Shown here: positions 41,601-56,600 of the stretch, in pieces
Layout of the letters: each line of letters opens with the position of its first letter
Position numbering within the stretch: position 1 is the stretch's first letter
NCBI GenBank assembly: GCA_964016885.1
Contig: OZ024753.1
Span: 21,886,001 to 21,950,000, forward strand
From: Eledone cirrhosa
Taxonomy: Eukaryota
Length of the DNA stretch: 64,000 bases
Direction: 5' to 3'
Program-made: the position numbers and the translations under genes
Notes under the pieces: generated by a model
Seen by the model: only the letters and a program-made list of their open reading frames with translations
What the model was told of the DNA's origin: nothing
The model's database searches: none

Positions 41601-44600
41601 TGATGTAAGGTTTAACAACTGTGGCCAGTGATGGAAGGTTGAACTAATGTGGCCAGTGATGGAAGGTTTAACAACTGTGGCCAGTGATGGAAGGTTTAAC
41701 AAATGTGGCCAGTTATGGAAGGTTTAACAAATGTGGCCAGTGATGGAAGGTTTAACAAATGTGGCCAGTGATGGAAGGTTTAACAACTGTGGCCAGTGAT
41801 GTAAGGTTTAACAAATGTGGCCTGTGATGTAAGGTTTAACAACTGTGGCCAGTGATGGAAGGTTTAACAAATGTGGCCTGTGATGTAAGGTTTAACAACT
41901 GTGGCCAGTGATGGAAGGTTTAACAAATGTGGCCTGTGATGTAAGGTTTAACAACTGTGGCCAGTGATGGAAGGTTTAACAAATGTGGCCAGTTATGGAA
42001 GATTTAACAACTGTGGCCAGTTATGGAAGGTTTAATGAATGTGGCCAGTGATGGAAGATTTAACAAATGTGGCCAGTGATGGAAGGTTTAACAATTGTGG
42101 CCAGTTATGGAAGGTTTAACAAATGTGGCCAGTGATGGGAGGTTTAAAAAATGTGGCCAGTGATGGAAGGTTTAATGAATGTGGCCAGTGATGGAAGGTT
42201 TAACATATGTGGCCAGTGATGGAAGGTTTAATAACTGTGGCCAGTGATGGAAGGTTTAACAACTGTGGCCAGTGATGGAAGATTTAACAAATGTGGCCAG
42301 TGATGGAAGGTTTAATAACTGTGGCCAGTGATGGAAGATTTAACAAACGTGGCCAGTGATGGAAGATTTAAGAAATGTGGCCAGTGATGGAAGGTTTAAC
42401 AAATGTGGCCAGTGGTGGAAGGTTTAACAAATGTGGCCAGTGATGGAAGGTTTAATGAATGGGGGCAATGATGGCAGGTTTAAAAACTGTGGCAAGTGAT
42501 GGAAGGTTTAATGAATGTGGCCAGTGATGGAAGGTTTAATAAATGTGGCCAGTGATGGAAGGTTTAACAAATGTGGCCTGTGGTGGAAGGTTTAATGAAT
42601 GTGGCCAGTGATGGAAGGTTTAATATCTGTGGCCAGTGATGGAAGGTTTAACAACTGTGGCCAGTGATGGAAGGTTTAAAAAATGTGGCCAGTGATGGAA
42701 GGTTTAATGAATGTGGACAGTGATGGAAGATTTAATGAATGTGGCCAGTGATGGAAGGTTTAATGAATGTGGCCAGTGGTGGAAGGTGTAACAAATGTGG
42801 ACAGTGATGGAAGGTTTAATGAATGGGGTCAGTGATGGAAGGTTTAAAAAATGAGGCTAGTGATGGAAGGTTTAACAAATGTGGCCAGCGATGGAAGGTT
42901 TAACAAATGTGGCCAGTGGTGGAAGGTTTAATGAATGTGGCCAGTGATGGAAGGTTTAACAAATGTGGCCAGTGATGGAAGGTTTAACAAATGTGGCCAG
43001 TTAAGGAAGGTTTAACAAATCTGGCCAGTGATGGAACTTTTAACAAATGTGGCCAGTGATGGAAGGTATAACAACTGTGGCTAGTGATGGAAGATTTAAC
43101 AAATGTGGCCAGTGATGGAAGGTTTAACAAATGTGGCCATTGATGGAAGGTTTAAGAAATGTGGCCAGTTAAGGAAGGTTTAACAAATCTGGCCAGTGAT
43201 GGAACTTTTAACAAATGTGGCCAGTGATGGAAGGTATAACAACTGTGGCTAGTGATGGAAGATTTAACAAATGTGGCCAGTGATGGAAGGTTTAACAAAT
43301 GTGGCCATTGATGGAAGGTTTAACAAATGTGGCCAGTTAAGGAAGGTTTAACAAATCTGGCCAGTGATGGAACTTTTAACAAATGTGGCCAGTGATGGAA
43401 GGTATAACAAATGTGGCTAGTGATGGAAGATTTAACAAATGTGGCCAGTGATGGAAGGTTTAACAAATGTGGCCATTGATGGAAGGTTTAACAAATGTGG
43501 CCAGTTAAGGAAGGTTTAACAAATCTGGCCAGTGATGGAACTTTTAACAAATGTGGCCAGTGATGGAAGGTATAACAACTGTGGCTAGTGATGGAAGATT
43601 TAACAAATGTGGCCAGTGATGGAAGGTTTAACAACTGTGGCCAGTGATGGAAGGTTTAACAAATGTGGCCAGTGATGGAAGGTTTAACAAATATGGACAG
43701 TGATGGAAGGTTTAACAAATGTGGCCAGTTATGGAAGGTTTAACAACTGTGGCCAGTGATGGAAGGTTTAACAACTGTGGCCAGTGATGGAAGATTTAAC
43801 AAATGTGGCCAGTGATGGAAGGTTTAATAACTGTGGCCAGTGATGGAAGATTTAACAAATGTGGCCAGTGATGGAAGATTTAAGAAATGTGGCCAGTGAT
43901 GGAAGGTTTTACAAATGTAGCCAGTGATGGAAGGTTTAATGAATGTGGCCAGTGATGGGAGGTTTAAAAAATGTGGCCAGTGGTGGAAGGTTTAACAAAT
44001 GTGGCCAGTGATGGAAGGTTTAATGAATAGGGGCAGTGATGGAAGGTTTAACAAATGTGGCCAGCGATGGAAGGTTTAACAAATGTGGCCAGTGATGGAA
44101 GGTTTAACAACTGTGGCCAGTAATGGAAGGTTTAACAAATGTGGCCAGTGACGGAAGGTTTAATGAATTTGGCCAGTGATGGAAGGTTTAATGAATGGGG
44201 CCAGTGATGGAAGGTTTAACAACTGTGGCCAGTGATGGAAGGTTTAATGAATGGGGCCAGTGATGGAAGGTTTAAAAACTGTGGCAAGTGATGGAAGGTT
44301 TAATGAATGTGGCCAGTGATGGAAGGTTTAATAAATGTGGCCAGTGATGGAAGGTTTAACAAATGTGGCCTGTGGTGGAAGGTTTAATGAATGTGGCCAG
44401 TGATGGAAGGTTTAATATCTGAGGCCAGTGATGGAAGGTTTAACAAATGTGGCCAGTGATGGAAGGTTTAATGAATGGGGTCAATGATGGAAGGTTTAAA
44501 AAATGAGGCTAGTGATGTAAGGTTTAACAAATGTGGCCAGTGATGGAAGGTTTAACAAATGTGGCCAGTGGTGGAAGGTTTAATGAATCTGGCCAGTGAT

Positions 44601-47600
44601 GGAAGGTATAACAAGTGTGGCTAGTGATGGAAGATTTAACAAATGTGGCCAGTGATGGAAGGTTTAACAAATGTGGTCAGTGACGGAAGGTTTAACAAAT
44701 GTGGCCATTGATGGAAGGTTTAACAAATGTGGCCAGTGAAAGAAGGTTTAACAAATCTGGCCAGTGATGGAACTTTTAACAAATGCGGCCAGTGATGGAA
44801 GGTTTAATGAATGTGGCCAGTGATGGAAGGTTTAACAACTGTGGCCAGTGATGGAAGGTTTAACAAATGTGGCCAGTGATGGAAGGTTTAACAAATATGG
44901 CCAGTGATGGAACGTTTAAAAAATGTGACCAGTGATGGAAGGTTTAATGAATGTGGCCAGTGATAGAAGGTTTAACAAATGTGGCCAGTGATGGAAGGTT
45001 TAACAAATGTGGCCAGTGATGGAAGGTTTAACAACTGTGGCCAGTGATGGGAGGTTTAATGAATGTGGCCAGTGATAGAAGGTTTAACAAATGTGGCCAG
45101 TGGTGGAAGGTTTAACAAATGTGGCCAGTGATGGAACATATGATGAATGTGGCCAGTGATGGACGGTTTAACAAATGTGGCCAGTGATGGAAGGTTTAAC
45201 AAATGTGGCCAGTTATGGAAGGTTTAACAACTGTGGCCAGTGATGGTAGGTTTAACAACTGTGGCCAGTGATGGAAGGATTAACAAATGTGGCCAGTGAT
45301 GGAAGGTTTAACAACTGTGGCCAGTGATGGAATGTTTAACAAATGTGGCCAGTGATGGAAGGTTTAACAACTGTGGCCAGTGATGGAAGGTTTAACAACT
45401 GTGGCCAGTGATGGAAGGTTGAACTAATGTGGCCAGTGATGGAAGGTTTAACAAATGTGGCCAGTGATGGAAGGTTTAACAAATGTGGCCAGTGATGGAA
45501 GGTTTAATGAATGTGGCCAGTGATGGAAGGTTTAATAACTGTGGCCAGTGATGGAAGGTTTAACAAATGTGGCCAGTTATGGAAGGTTTAACAAATGTGG
45601 CCAGTGATGGAAGGTTTAACAAATGTGGCCAGTGATGGAAGGTTTAATGAATGTGGCCAGTGATGGAAGGTTTAACAAATGTGGCCAGTGATGGAAGGTT
45701 TAACAACTGTGGCCAGTGATGGAAGGTTTAACAACTGTGGCCAGTGATGGAAGGTTTAACAAATGTGGCCAGTTATGGAAGATTTAACAACTGTGGCCAG
45801 TTATGGAAGGTTTAATGAATGTGGCCAGTGATGGAAGATTTAACAAATGTGGCCAGTGATGGAAGGTTTAACAATTGTGGCCAGTTATGGAAGGTTTAAC
45901 AAATGTGGCCAGTGATGGGAGGTTTAAAAAATGTGGCCAGTGATGGAAGGTTTAATGAATGTGGCCAGTGATGGAAGGTTTAACATATGTGGCCAGTGAT
46001 GGAAGGTTTAATAACTGTGGCCAGTGATGGAAGGTTTAACAACTGTGGCCAGTGATGGAAGATTTAACAAATGTGGCCAGTGATGGAAGGTTTAATAACT
46101 GTGGCCAGTGATGGAAGATTTAACAAATGTGGCCAGTGATGGAAGATTTAAGAAATGTGGCCAGTGATGGAAGGTTTTACAAATGTGGCCAGTGATGGAA
46201 GGTTTAACAAATGTAGCCAGTGATGGAAGGTTTAATGAATGTGGCCAGTGATGGAAGGTTTAACAAATGTGGCCAGTGGTGGAAGGTTTAACAAATGTGG
46301 CCAGTGATGGAAGGTTTAATGAATGGGGGCAGTGATGGAAGGTTTAACAAATGTGGCCAGTGATGGAAGGTTTAACAAATGTGGCCAGCGATGGAAGGTT
46401 TAACAAATGTGGCCAGTGATGGAAGGTTTAACAACTGTGTCCAGTAATGGAAGGTTTAACAAATGTGGCCAGTGATGGAAGGTTTAATGAATGGGGCCAG
46501 TGATGGAAGGTTTAAAAACTGTGGCAAGTGATGGAAGGTTTAATGAATGTGGCCAGTGATGGAAGGTTTAATAAATGTGGCCAGTGATGGAAGGTTTAAC
46601 AAATGTGGCCTGTGGTGGAAGGTTTAATGAATGTGGCCAGTGATGGAAGGTTTAATATCTGTCGCCAGTGATGGAAGGTTTAACAACTGTGGCCAGTGAT
46701 GGAAGGTTTAACAAATGTGGCCAGTGGTGGAAGGTGTAACAAATGTGGACAGTGATGGAAGGTTTAATGAATGGGGTCAGTGATGGAAGGTTTAAAAAAT
46801 GTGGCTAGTGAAGGAAGGTTTAACAAATGTGGCCAGTGATGGAAGGTTTAACAAATGTGGCCAGTGGTGGAAGGTTTAATGAATGTGGCCAGTGATGGAA
46901 GGTTTAACAAATGTGGCCAGTGATGGAAGGTTTAACAAATGTGGCCAGTGATGGAACTTTTAACAAATGTGGCCAGTGATGGAAGGTTTAACAAATGTGG
47001 CCAGTGGTGGAAGGTTTAATGAATGTGGCCAGTGATGGAAGGTTTAACAAATGTGGCCAGTTATGGAAGGTTTAACAAATGTGGCCAGTGATGGAAGGTA
47101 TAACAACTGTGGCCAGTGATGGAAGATTTAACAAATGTGGCCAGTGGTGGAAGGTTTAACAAATGTGGTCAGTGACGGAGGGTTTAACAAATGTGGCCAT
47201 TGATGGAAGGTTTAACAAATGTGGCCAGTGAAGGAAGGTTTAACAAATCTGGCCAGTGATGGAACTTTTAACAAATGTGGCCAGTGATGGAAGGTTTAAT
47301 GAATGTGGCCAGTGATGGAAGGTTTAACAAATGTGGCCAGTGAAGGAAGGTTTAACAAATCTGGCCAGTGATGGAACTTTTAACAAATGTGGCCAGTGAT
47401 GGAAGGTTTAATGAATGTGGCCAGTGATGGAAGGTTTAACAACTGTGGCCAGTGATGGAAGGTTTAACAAATGTGGCCAGTGATGGAAGGTTTAACAAAT
47501 ATGGCCAGTGATGGAAGGTTTAACAAATGTGGCCAGTGATGGAAGGTTTAATTAATGGGCCAGTGATGGAAAGTTTAACAAATGTGGCCAGTGATGGAAG

Positions 47601-50600
47601 GTTTAACAAATGTGGCCAGTGATGGAAGGTTTAACAAATGTGGCCAGTGAAGTAAGGTTTAATGAATGTGGCCAGTGATGCAAGGTTTAACAAATGTGGC
47701 CAGTGATGGAAGGTTGAATGAATGTGGCCAGTGATGGAAGGTTTAACAAATGTGGCCAGTGATGGAAGGTTTAATGAATGGGGTCAGTGATGGAAGGTTT
47801 AATGAATGTGGCCAGTGATGGAAGGTTTAATGAATGGGGTCAGTGATGGAAGGTTTAACAAATGTGGCCAGTGATGGAAGGTTTAACAAATGTGGCCAGT
47901 GATGGAAGATTTAAGAAATGTGGCCAGTGATGGAAGGTTTTACAAATGTGGCCAGTGATGGAAGGTTTAACAAATGTAGCCAGTGATGGAAGGTTTAATG
48001 AATGTGGCCAGTGATGGAAGGTTTAACAAATGTGGCCAGTGGTGGAAGGTTTAACAAATGTGGCCAGTGATGGAAGGTTTAATGAATGGGGGCAGTGATG
48101 GAAGGTTTAACAAATGTGGCCAGTGATGGAAGGTTTAACAAATGTGGCCAGCGATGGAAGGTTTAACAAATGTGGCCAGTGATGGAAGGTTTAACAACTG
48201 TGTCCAGTAATGGAAGGTTTAACAAATGTGGCCAGTGATGGAAGGTTTAATGAACTTTGCCAGTGATGGAAGGTTTAATGAATGGGGCCAGTGATGGAAG
48301 GTTTAAAAACTGTGGCAAGTGATGGAAGGTTTAATGAATGTGGCCAGTGATGGAAGGTTTAATAAATGTGGCCAGTGATGGAAGGTTTAACAAATGTGGC
48401 CTGTGGTGGAAGGTTTAATGAATGTGGCCAGTGATGGAAGGTTTAATATCTGTGGCCAGTGATGGAAGGTTTAACAACTGTGGCCAGTGATGGAAGGTTT
48501 AACAAATGTGGCCAGTGGTGGAAGGTGAAACAAATGTGGACAGTGATGGAAGGTTTAATGAATGGGGTCAGTGATGGAAGGTTTAAAAAATGTGGCTAGT
48601 GAAGGAAGGTTTAACAAATGTGGCCAGTGATGGAAGGTTTAACAAATGTGGCCAGTGGTGGAAGGTTTAATGAATGTGGCCAGTGATGGAAGGTGTAACA
48701 AATGTGGCCAGTTATGGAAGGTTTAACAAATGTGGCCAGTGATGGAAGGTATAACAACTGTGGCCAGTGATGGAAGATTTAACAAATGTGGCCAGTGGTG
48801 GAAGGTTTAACAAATGTGGTCAGTGACGGAGGGTTTAACAAATGTGGCCATTGATGGAAGGTTTATCAAATGTGGCCAGTGAAGGAAGGTTTAACAAATC
48901 TGGCCAGTGATGGAACTTTTAACAAATGTGGCCAGTGATGGAAGGTTTAATGAATGTGGCCAGTGATGGAAGGTTTAACAACTGTGGCCAGTGATGGAAG
49001 GTTTAACAAATGTGGCCAGTGATGGAAGGTTTAACAAATATGGCCAGTGATGGAAGGTTTAACAAATGTGGCCAGTGATGGAAGGTTTAACAAATGTGGC
49101 CAGTGATGGAAGGTTTAACAAATGTGGCCAGTGATGGAAGGTTTAATGAATGTGGCCAGTGATGGAAGGTTTAACAAATGTGGCCAGTGGTGGAAGATTT
49201 AACAAATGTGGCCAGTGATGGAAGGTTTAATGAATGGGGTCAGTGATGGAAGGTTTAACAAATGTGGCCAGTGATGGAAGGTTTAACAAATGTGGCCAGT
49301 GATGGAAGGTTTAACAAATGTGGAGAGTGATGGAAGGTTTCATGAATGGGGTCAGTGATGGAAGGTTTAACAAATGTGGCCAGTGATGGAAGGTTTAACA
49401 AATGTGGTCAGTGATGGAAGGTTTAATAAATGTGGCCAGTGATGGAAGGTTCAACAAATGTGGCCAGTTGATGGAAGGTTTAACAAATGTGGCCAGTGAT
49501 GGAAGGTTTAATGAATGTGGCCAGTGATTGAAGGTTTAATGAATGGGGTCAGTGATGGAAGGTTTAACAAATGTGGCCAGTGATGGAAGGTTTAACAAAT
49601 GTGGCCAGTGATGGAAGGTTTAACAAATGTGGAGAGTGATGGAAGGTTTCATGAATGGGGTCAGTGATGGAAGGTTTAACAAATGTGGCCAGTGATGGAA
49701 GGTTTAACAAATGTGGCCAGTGATGGAAGGTTTAATGAATGTGGCCAGTGATTGAAGGTTTCATGAATGTGGCCAGTGATGGAAAGTTTAACACATGTGG
49801 CCAGTGATGGAAGGTTTAACAAATGTGGCCAGTGATGGAAGGTTTAACAAATGTGGCCAGTGATGGAAGATTTAACAAATGTGATCAGTGATGGAAGGTT
49901 TAACAAATGTGGCCAGTGATGGAAGGTTTAACAAATGTGGCCTGTGATGGAAGGTTTAATGAATGTGGCCAGTGATGGAAGGTTCAACAAATGTGGCCAG
50001 TTGATGGAAGGTTTAACAAATGTGGCCAGTGATGGAAGGTTTAATGAATGTGGCCAGTGATTGAAGGTTTAATGAATGGGGTCAGTGATGGAAGGTTTAA
50101 CAAATGTGGCCAGTGATGGAAGGTTTAACAAATGTGGCCAGTGATGGAAGGTATAACAACTGTGGCCAGTGATGGAAGATTTAACAAATGTGGCCAGTGG
50201 TGGAAGGTTTAACAAATGTGGTCAGTGACGGAGGGTTTAACAAATGTGGCCATTGATGGAAGGTTTAACAAATGTGGCCAGTGAAGGAAGGTTTAACAAA
50301 TCTGGCCAGTGATGGAACTTTTAACAAATGTGGCCAGTGATGGAAGGTTTAATGAATGTGGCCAGTGATGGAAGGTTTAACAAATGTGGCCAGTGAAGGA
50401 AGGTTTAACAAATCTGGCCAGTGATGGAACTTTTAACAAATGTGGCCAGTGATGGAAGGTTTAATGAATGTGGCCAGTGATGGAAGGTTTAACAACTGTG
50501 GCCAGTGATGGAAGGTTTAACAAATGTGGCCAGTGATGGAAGGTTTAACAAATATGGCCAGTGATGGAAGGTTTAACAAATGTGGCCAGTGATGGAAGGT

Positions 50601-53600
50601 TTAATTAATGGGCCAGTGATGGAAAGTTTAACAAATGTGGCCAGTGATGGAAGGTTTAACAAATGTGGCCAGTGATGGAAGGTTTAACAAATGTGGCCAG
50701 TGAAGTAAGGTTTAATGAATGTGGCCAGTGATGCAAGGTTTAACAAATGTGGCCAGTGATGGAAGGTTGAATGAATGTGGCCAGTGATGGAAGGTTTAAC
50801 AAATGTGGCCAGTGATGGAAGGTTTAATGAATGGGGTCAGTGATGGAAGGTTTAATGAATGTGGCCAGTGATGGAAGGTTTAATGAATGGGGTCAGTGAT
50901 GGAAGGTTTAACAAATGTGGCCAGTGATGGAAGGTTTAACAAATGTGGCCAGTGATGGAAGATTTAAGAAATGTGGCCAGTGATGGAAGGTTTTACAAAT
51001 GTGGCCAGTGATGGAAGGTTTAACAAATGTAGCCAGTGATGGAAGGTTTAATGAATGTGGCCAGTGATGGAAGGTTTAACAAATGTGGCCAGTGGTGGAA
51101 GGTTTAACAAATGTGGCCAGTGATGGAAGGTTTAATGAATGGGGGCAGTGATGGAAGGTTTAACAAATGTGGCCAGTGATGGAAGGTTTAACAAATGTGG
51201 CCAGCGATGGAAGGTTTAACAAATGTGGCCAGTGATGGAAGGTTTAACAACTGTGTCCAGTAATGGAAGGTTTAACAAATGTGGCCAGTGATGGAAGGTT
51301 TAATGAACTTTGCCAGTGATGGAAGGTTTAATGAATGGGGCCAGTGATGGAAGGTTTAAAAACTGTGGCAAGTGATGGAAGGTTTAATGAATGTGGCCAG
51401 TGATGGAAGGTTTAATAAATGTGGCCAGTGATGGAAGGTTTAACAAATGTGGCCTGTGGTGGAAGGTTTAATGAATGTGGCCAGTGATGGAAGGTTTAAT
51501 ATCTGTGGCCAGTGATGGAAGGTTTAACAACTGTGGCCAGTGATGGAAGGTTTAACAAATGTGGCCAGTGGTGGAAGGTGAAACAAATGTGGACAGTGAT
51601 GGAAGGTTTAATGAATGGGGTCAGTGATGGAAGGTTTAAAAAATGTGGCTAGTGAAGGAAGGTTTAACAAATGTGGCCAGTGATGGAAGGTTTAACAAAT
51701 GTGGCCAGTGGTGGAAGGTTTAATGAATGTGGCCAGTGATGGAAGGTGTAACAAATGTGGCCAGTTATGGAAGGTTTAACAAATGTGGCCAGTGATGGAA
51801 GGTATAACAACTGTGGCCAGTGATGGAAGATTTAACAAATGTGGCCAGTGGTGGAAGGTTTAACAAATGTGGTCAGTGACGGAGGGTTTAACAAATGTGG
51901 CCATTGATGGAAGGTTTATCAAATGTGGCCAGTGAAGGAAGGTTTAACAAATCTGGCCAGTGATGGAACTTTTAACAAATGTGGCCAGTGATGGAAGGTT
52001 TAATGAATGTGGCCAGTGATGGAAGGTTTAACAACTGTGGCCAGTGATGGAAGGTTTAACAAATGTGGCCAGTGATGGAAGGTTTAACAAATATGGCCAG
52101 TGATGGAAGGTTTAACAAATGTGGCCAGTGATGGAAGGTTTAACAAATGTGGCCAGTGATGGAAGGTTTAACAAATGTGGCCAGTGATGGAAGGTTTAAT
52201 GAATGTGGCCAGTGATGGAAGGTTTAACAAATGTGGCCAGTGGTGGAAGATTTAACAAATGTGGCCAGTGATGGAAGGTTTAATGAATGGGGTCAGTGAT
52301 GGAAGGTTTAACAAATGTGGCCAGTGATGGAAGGTTTAACAAATGTGGCCAGTGATGGAAGGTTTAACAAATGTGGAGAGTGATGGAAGGTTTCATGAAT
52401 GGGGTCAGTGATGGAAGGTTTAACAAATGTGGCCAGTGATGGAAGGTTTAACAAATGTGGTCAGTGATGGAAGGTTTAATAAATGTGGCCAGTGATGGAA
52501 GGTTCAACAAATGTGGCCAGTTGATGGAAGGTTTAACAAATGTGGCCAGTGATGGAAGGTTTAATGAATGTGGCCAGTGATTGAAGGTTTAATGAATGGG
52601 GTCAGTGATGGAAGGTTTAACAAATGTGGCCAGTGATGGAAGGTTTAACAAATGTGGCCAGTGATGGAAGGTTTAACAAATGTGGAGAGTGATGGAAGGT
52701 TTCATGAATGGGGTCAGTGATGGAAGGTTTAACAAATGTGGCCAGTGATGGAAGGTTTAACAAATGTGGCCAGTGATGGAAGGTTTAATGAATGTGGCCA
52801 GTGATTGAAGGTTTCATGAATGTGGCCAGTGATGGAAAGTTTAACACATGTGGCCAGTGATGGAAGGTTTAACAAATGTGGCCAGTGATGGAAGGTTTAA
52901 CAAATGTGGCCAGTGATGGAAGATTTAACAAATGTGATCAGTGATGGAAGGTTTAACAAATGTGGCCAGTGATGGAAGGTTTAACAAATGTGGCCTGTGA
53001 TGGAAGGTTTAATGAATGTGGCCAGTGATGGAAGGTTCAACAAATGTGGCCAGTTGATGGAAGGTTTAACAAATGTGGCCAGTGATGGAAGGTTTAATGA
53101 ATGTGGCCAGTGATTGAAGGTTTAATGAATGGGGTCAGTGATGGAAGGTTTAACAAATGTGGCCAGTGATGGAAGGTTTAACAAATGTGGCCAGTGATGG
53201 AAGGTTTAACAAATGTGGAGAGTGATGGAAGGTTTCATGAAAGGGGTCAGTGATGGAAGGTTTAATGAATGTGGCCAGTGATGGAAGGTTTAACAAATGT
53301 GGCCAGTGGTGGAAGGTTTAATGAATCTGGCCAGTGATGGAAGGTTTAACAAATGTGGCTAGTGATGGAAGATTTAACAAATGTGGCCAGTGATGGAAGG
53401 TTTAACAAATGTGGTCAGTGACGGAAGGTTTAACAAATGTGGCCATTGATGGAAGGTTTAACAAATGTGGCCAGTGAAAGAAGGTTTAACAAATCTGGCC
53501 AGTGATGGAACTTTTAACAAATGTGGCCAGTGATGGAAGGTTTAATGAATGTGGCCAGTGATGGAAGGTTTAACAAATGTGGCCAGTGATGGAAGGTTTA

Positions 53601-56600
53601 ACAAATATGGCCAGTGATGGAACGTTTAAAAAATGTGACCAGTGATGGAAGGTTTAATGAATGTGGCCAGTGATAGAAGGTTTAACAAATGTGGCCAGTG
53701 ATGGAAGGTTTAACAAATGTGGCCAGTGATGGAAGGTTTAACAACTGTGGCCAGTGATGGGAGGTTTAATGAATGTGGCCAGTGATAGAAGGTTTAACAA
53801 ATGTGGCCAGTGGTGGAAGGTTTAACAAATGTGGCCAGTGATGGAAGGTTTAACAAATGTGGCCAGTGATGGAAGGTTTAACAACTGTGGCCAGTGTTGG
53901 AAGGTTTAAGAAACGTAGCCAGTGATGGAACATATGATGAATGTGGCCAGTGATGGACGGTTTAACAAATGGGGTCAGTGATGGGAGGTTTAATGAATGT
54001 GGCCAGTGATGGAAGGTTTAATGAATGTGGCCAGTGATGGAAGGTTTAACAAATGTGGCCAGTTATGGAAGGTTTAACAACTGTGGCCAGTGATGGTAGG
54101 TTTAACAAATGTGCCCAGTGATGGAAGGTTTAACAAATGTGGCCAGTGATGGAAGGTTTAACAAATGTGGCCAGTGATGGAAGGTTTAACAACTGTGGCC
54201 AGTGATGGGAGGTTTAATGAATGTGGCCAGTGATGGAAGGTTTAATGAATGTGGCCAGTGATGGAAGGTTTAACAAATGTGGCCAGTGATGGAAGGTTTA
54301 ACAAATGTGGCCAGTGATGGAAGGTTTAACAACTGTGGCCAGTGATGGGAGGTTTAATGAATGTGGCCAGTGATGGAAGGTTTAATGAATGTGGCCAGTG
54401 ATGGAAGGTTTAACAAATGTGGCCAGTTATGGAAGGTTTAACAACTGTGGCCAGTGATGGTAGGTTTAACAACTGTGGCCATTGATGGAAGGATTAACAA
54501 ATGTGGCCAGTGATGGAAGGTTTAACAACTGTGGCCAGTGATGGAATGTTTAACAAATGTGGCCAGTGATGGAAGGTTTAACAACTGTGGCCAGTGATGG
54601 AAGGTTTAACAACTGTGGCCAGTGATGGAAGGTTGAACTAATGTGGCCAGTGATGGAAGGTTTAACAACTGTGGCCAGTGATGGAAGGTTTAACAAATGT
54701 GGCCAGTTATGGAAGGTTTAACAAATGTGGCCAGTGATGGAAGGTTTAACAAATGTGGCCAGTGATGGAAGGTTTAATGAATGTGGCCAGTGATGGAAGG
54801 TTTAACAAATGTGGCCAGTGGTGGAAGGTTTAACAACTGTGGCCAGTGATGGAAGGTTTAACAACTGTGGCCAGTGATGGAAGGTTTAACAAATGTGGCC
54901 AGTTATGGAAGATTTAACAACTGTGGCCAGTTATGGAAGGTTTAATGAATGTGGCCAGTGATGGAAGATTTAACAAATGTGGCCAGTGATGGAAGGTTTA
55001 ACAATTGTGGCCAGTTATGGAAGGTTTAACAAATGTGGCCAGTGATGGGAGGTTTAAAAAATGTGGCCAGTGATGGAAGGTTTAATGAATGTGGCCAGTG
55101 ATGGAAGGTTTAACATATGTGGCCAGTGATGGAAGGTTTAATAACTGTGGCCAGTGATGGAAGGTTTAACAACTGTGGCCAGTGATGGAAGATTTAACAA
55201 ATGTGGCCAGTGATGGAAGGTTTAATAACTGTGGCCAGTGATGGAAGATTTACCAAATGTGGCCAGTGATGGAAGATTTAAGAAATGTGGCCAGTGATGG
55301 AAGGTTTTACAAATGTGGCCAGTGATGGATGGTTTAACAAATGTAGCCAGTGATGGAAGGTTTAATGAATGTGGCCAGTGATGGAAGGTTTAACAAATGT
55401 GGCCAGTGGTGGAAGGTTTAACAAATGTGGCCAGTGATGGAAGGTTTAAAGAATGGGGGCAGTGATGGAAGGTTTAACAAATGTGGCCAGTGATGGAAGG
55501 TTTAACAAATGTGGCCAGCGATGGAAGGTTTAACAAATGTGGCCAGTGATGGAAGGTTTAACAACTGTGTCCAGTAATGGAAGGTTTAACAAATGTGGCC
55601 AGTGATGGAAGGTTTAATGAACTTTGCCAGTGATGGAAGGTTTAATGAATGGGGCCAGTGATGGAAGGTTTAAAAACTGTGGCAAGTGATGGAAGGTTTA
55701 ATGAATGTGGCCAGTGATGGAAGGTTTAATAAATGTGGCCAGTGATGGAAGGTTTAACAAATGTGGCCTGTGGTGGAAGGTTTAATGAATGTGGCCAGTG
55801 ATGGAAGGTTTAATATCTGTGGCCAGTGATGGAAGGTTTAACAACTGTGGCCAGTGATGGAAGGTTTAACAAATGTGGCCAGTGGTGGAAGGTGTAACAA
55901 ATGTGGACAGTGATGGAAGGTTTAATGAATGGGGTCAGTGATGGAAGGTTTAAAAAATGTGGCTAGTGAAGGAAGGTTTAACAAATGTGGCCAGTGATGG
56001 AAGGTTTAACAAATGTGGCCAGTGGTGGAAGGTTTAATGAATGTGGCCAGTGATGGAAGGTGTAACAAATGTGGCCAGTTATGGAAGGTTTAACAAATGT
56101 GGCCAGTGATGGAAGGTATAACAACTGTGGCCAGTGATGGAAGATTTAACAAATGTGGCCAGTGGTGGAAGGTTTAACAAATGTGGTCAGTGACGGAGGG
56201 TTTAACAAATGTGGCCATTGATGGAAGGTTTATCAAATGTGGCCAGTGAAGGAAGGTTTAACAAATCTGGCCAGTGATGGAACTTTTAACAAATGTGGCC
56301 AGTGATGGAAGGTTTAATGAATGTGGCCAGTGATGGAAGGTTTAACAACTGTGGCCAGTGATGGAAGGTTTAACAAATGTGGCCAGTGATGGAAGGTTTA
56401 ACAAATATGGCCAGTGATGGAAGGTTTAACAAATGTGGCCAGTGATGGAAGGTTTAACAAATGTGGCCAGTGATGGAAGGTTTAACAAATGTGGCCAGTG
56501 ATGGAAGGTTTAATGAATGTGGCCAGTGATGGAAGGTTTAACAAATGTGGCCAGTGGTGGAAGATTTAACAAATGTGGCCAGTGATGGAAGGTTTAATGA

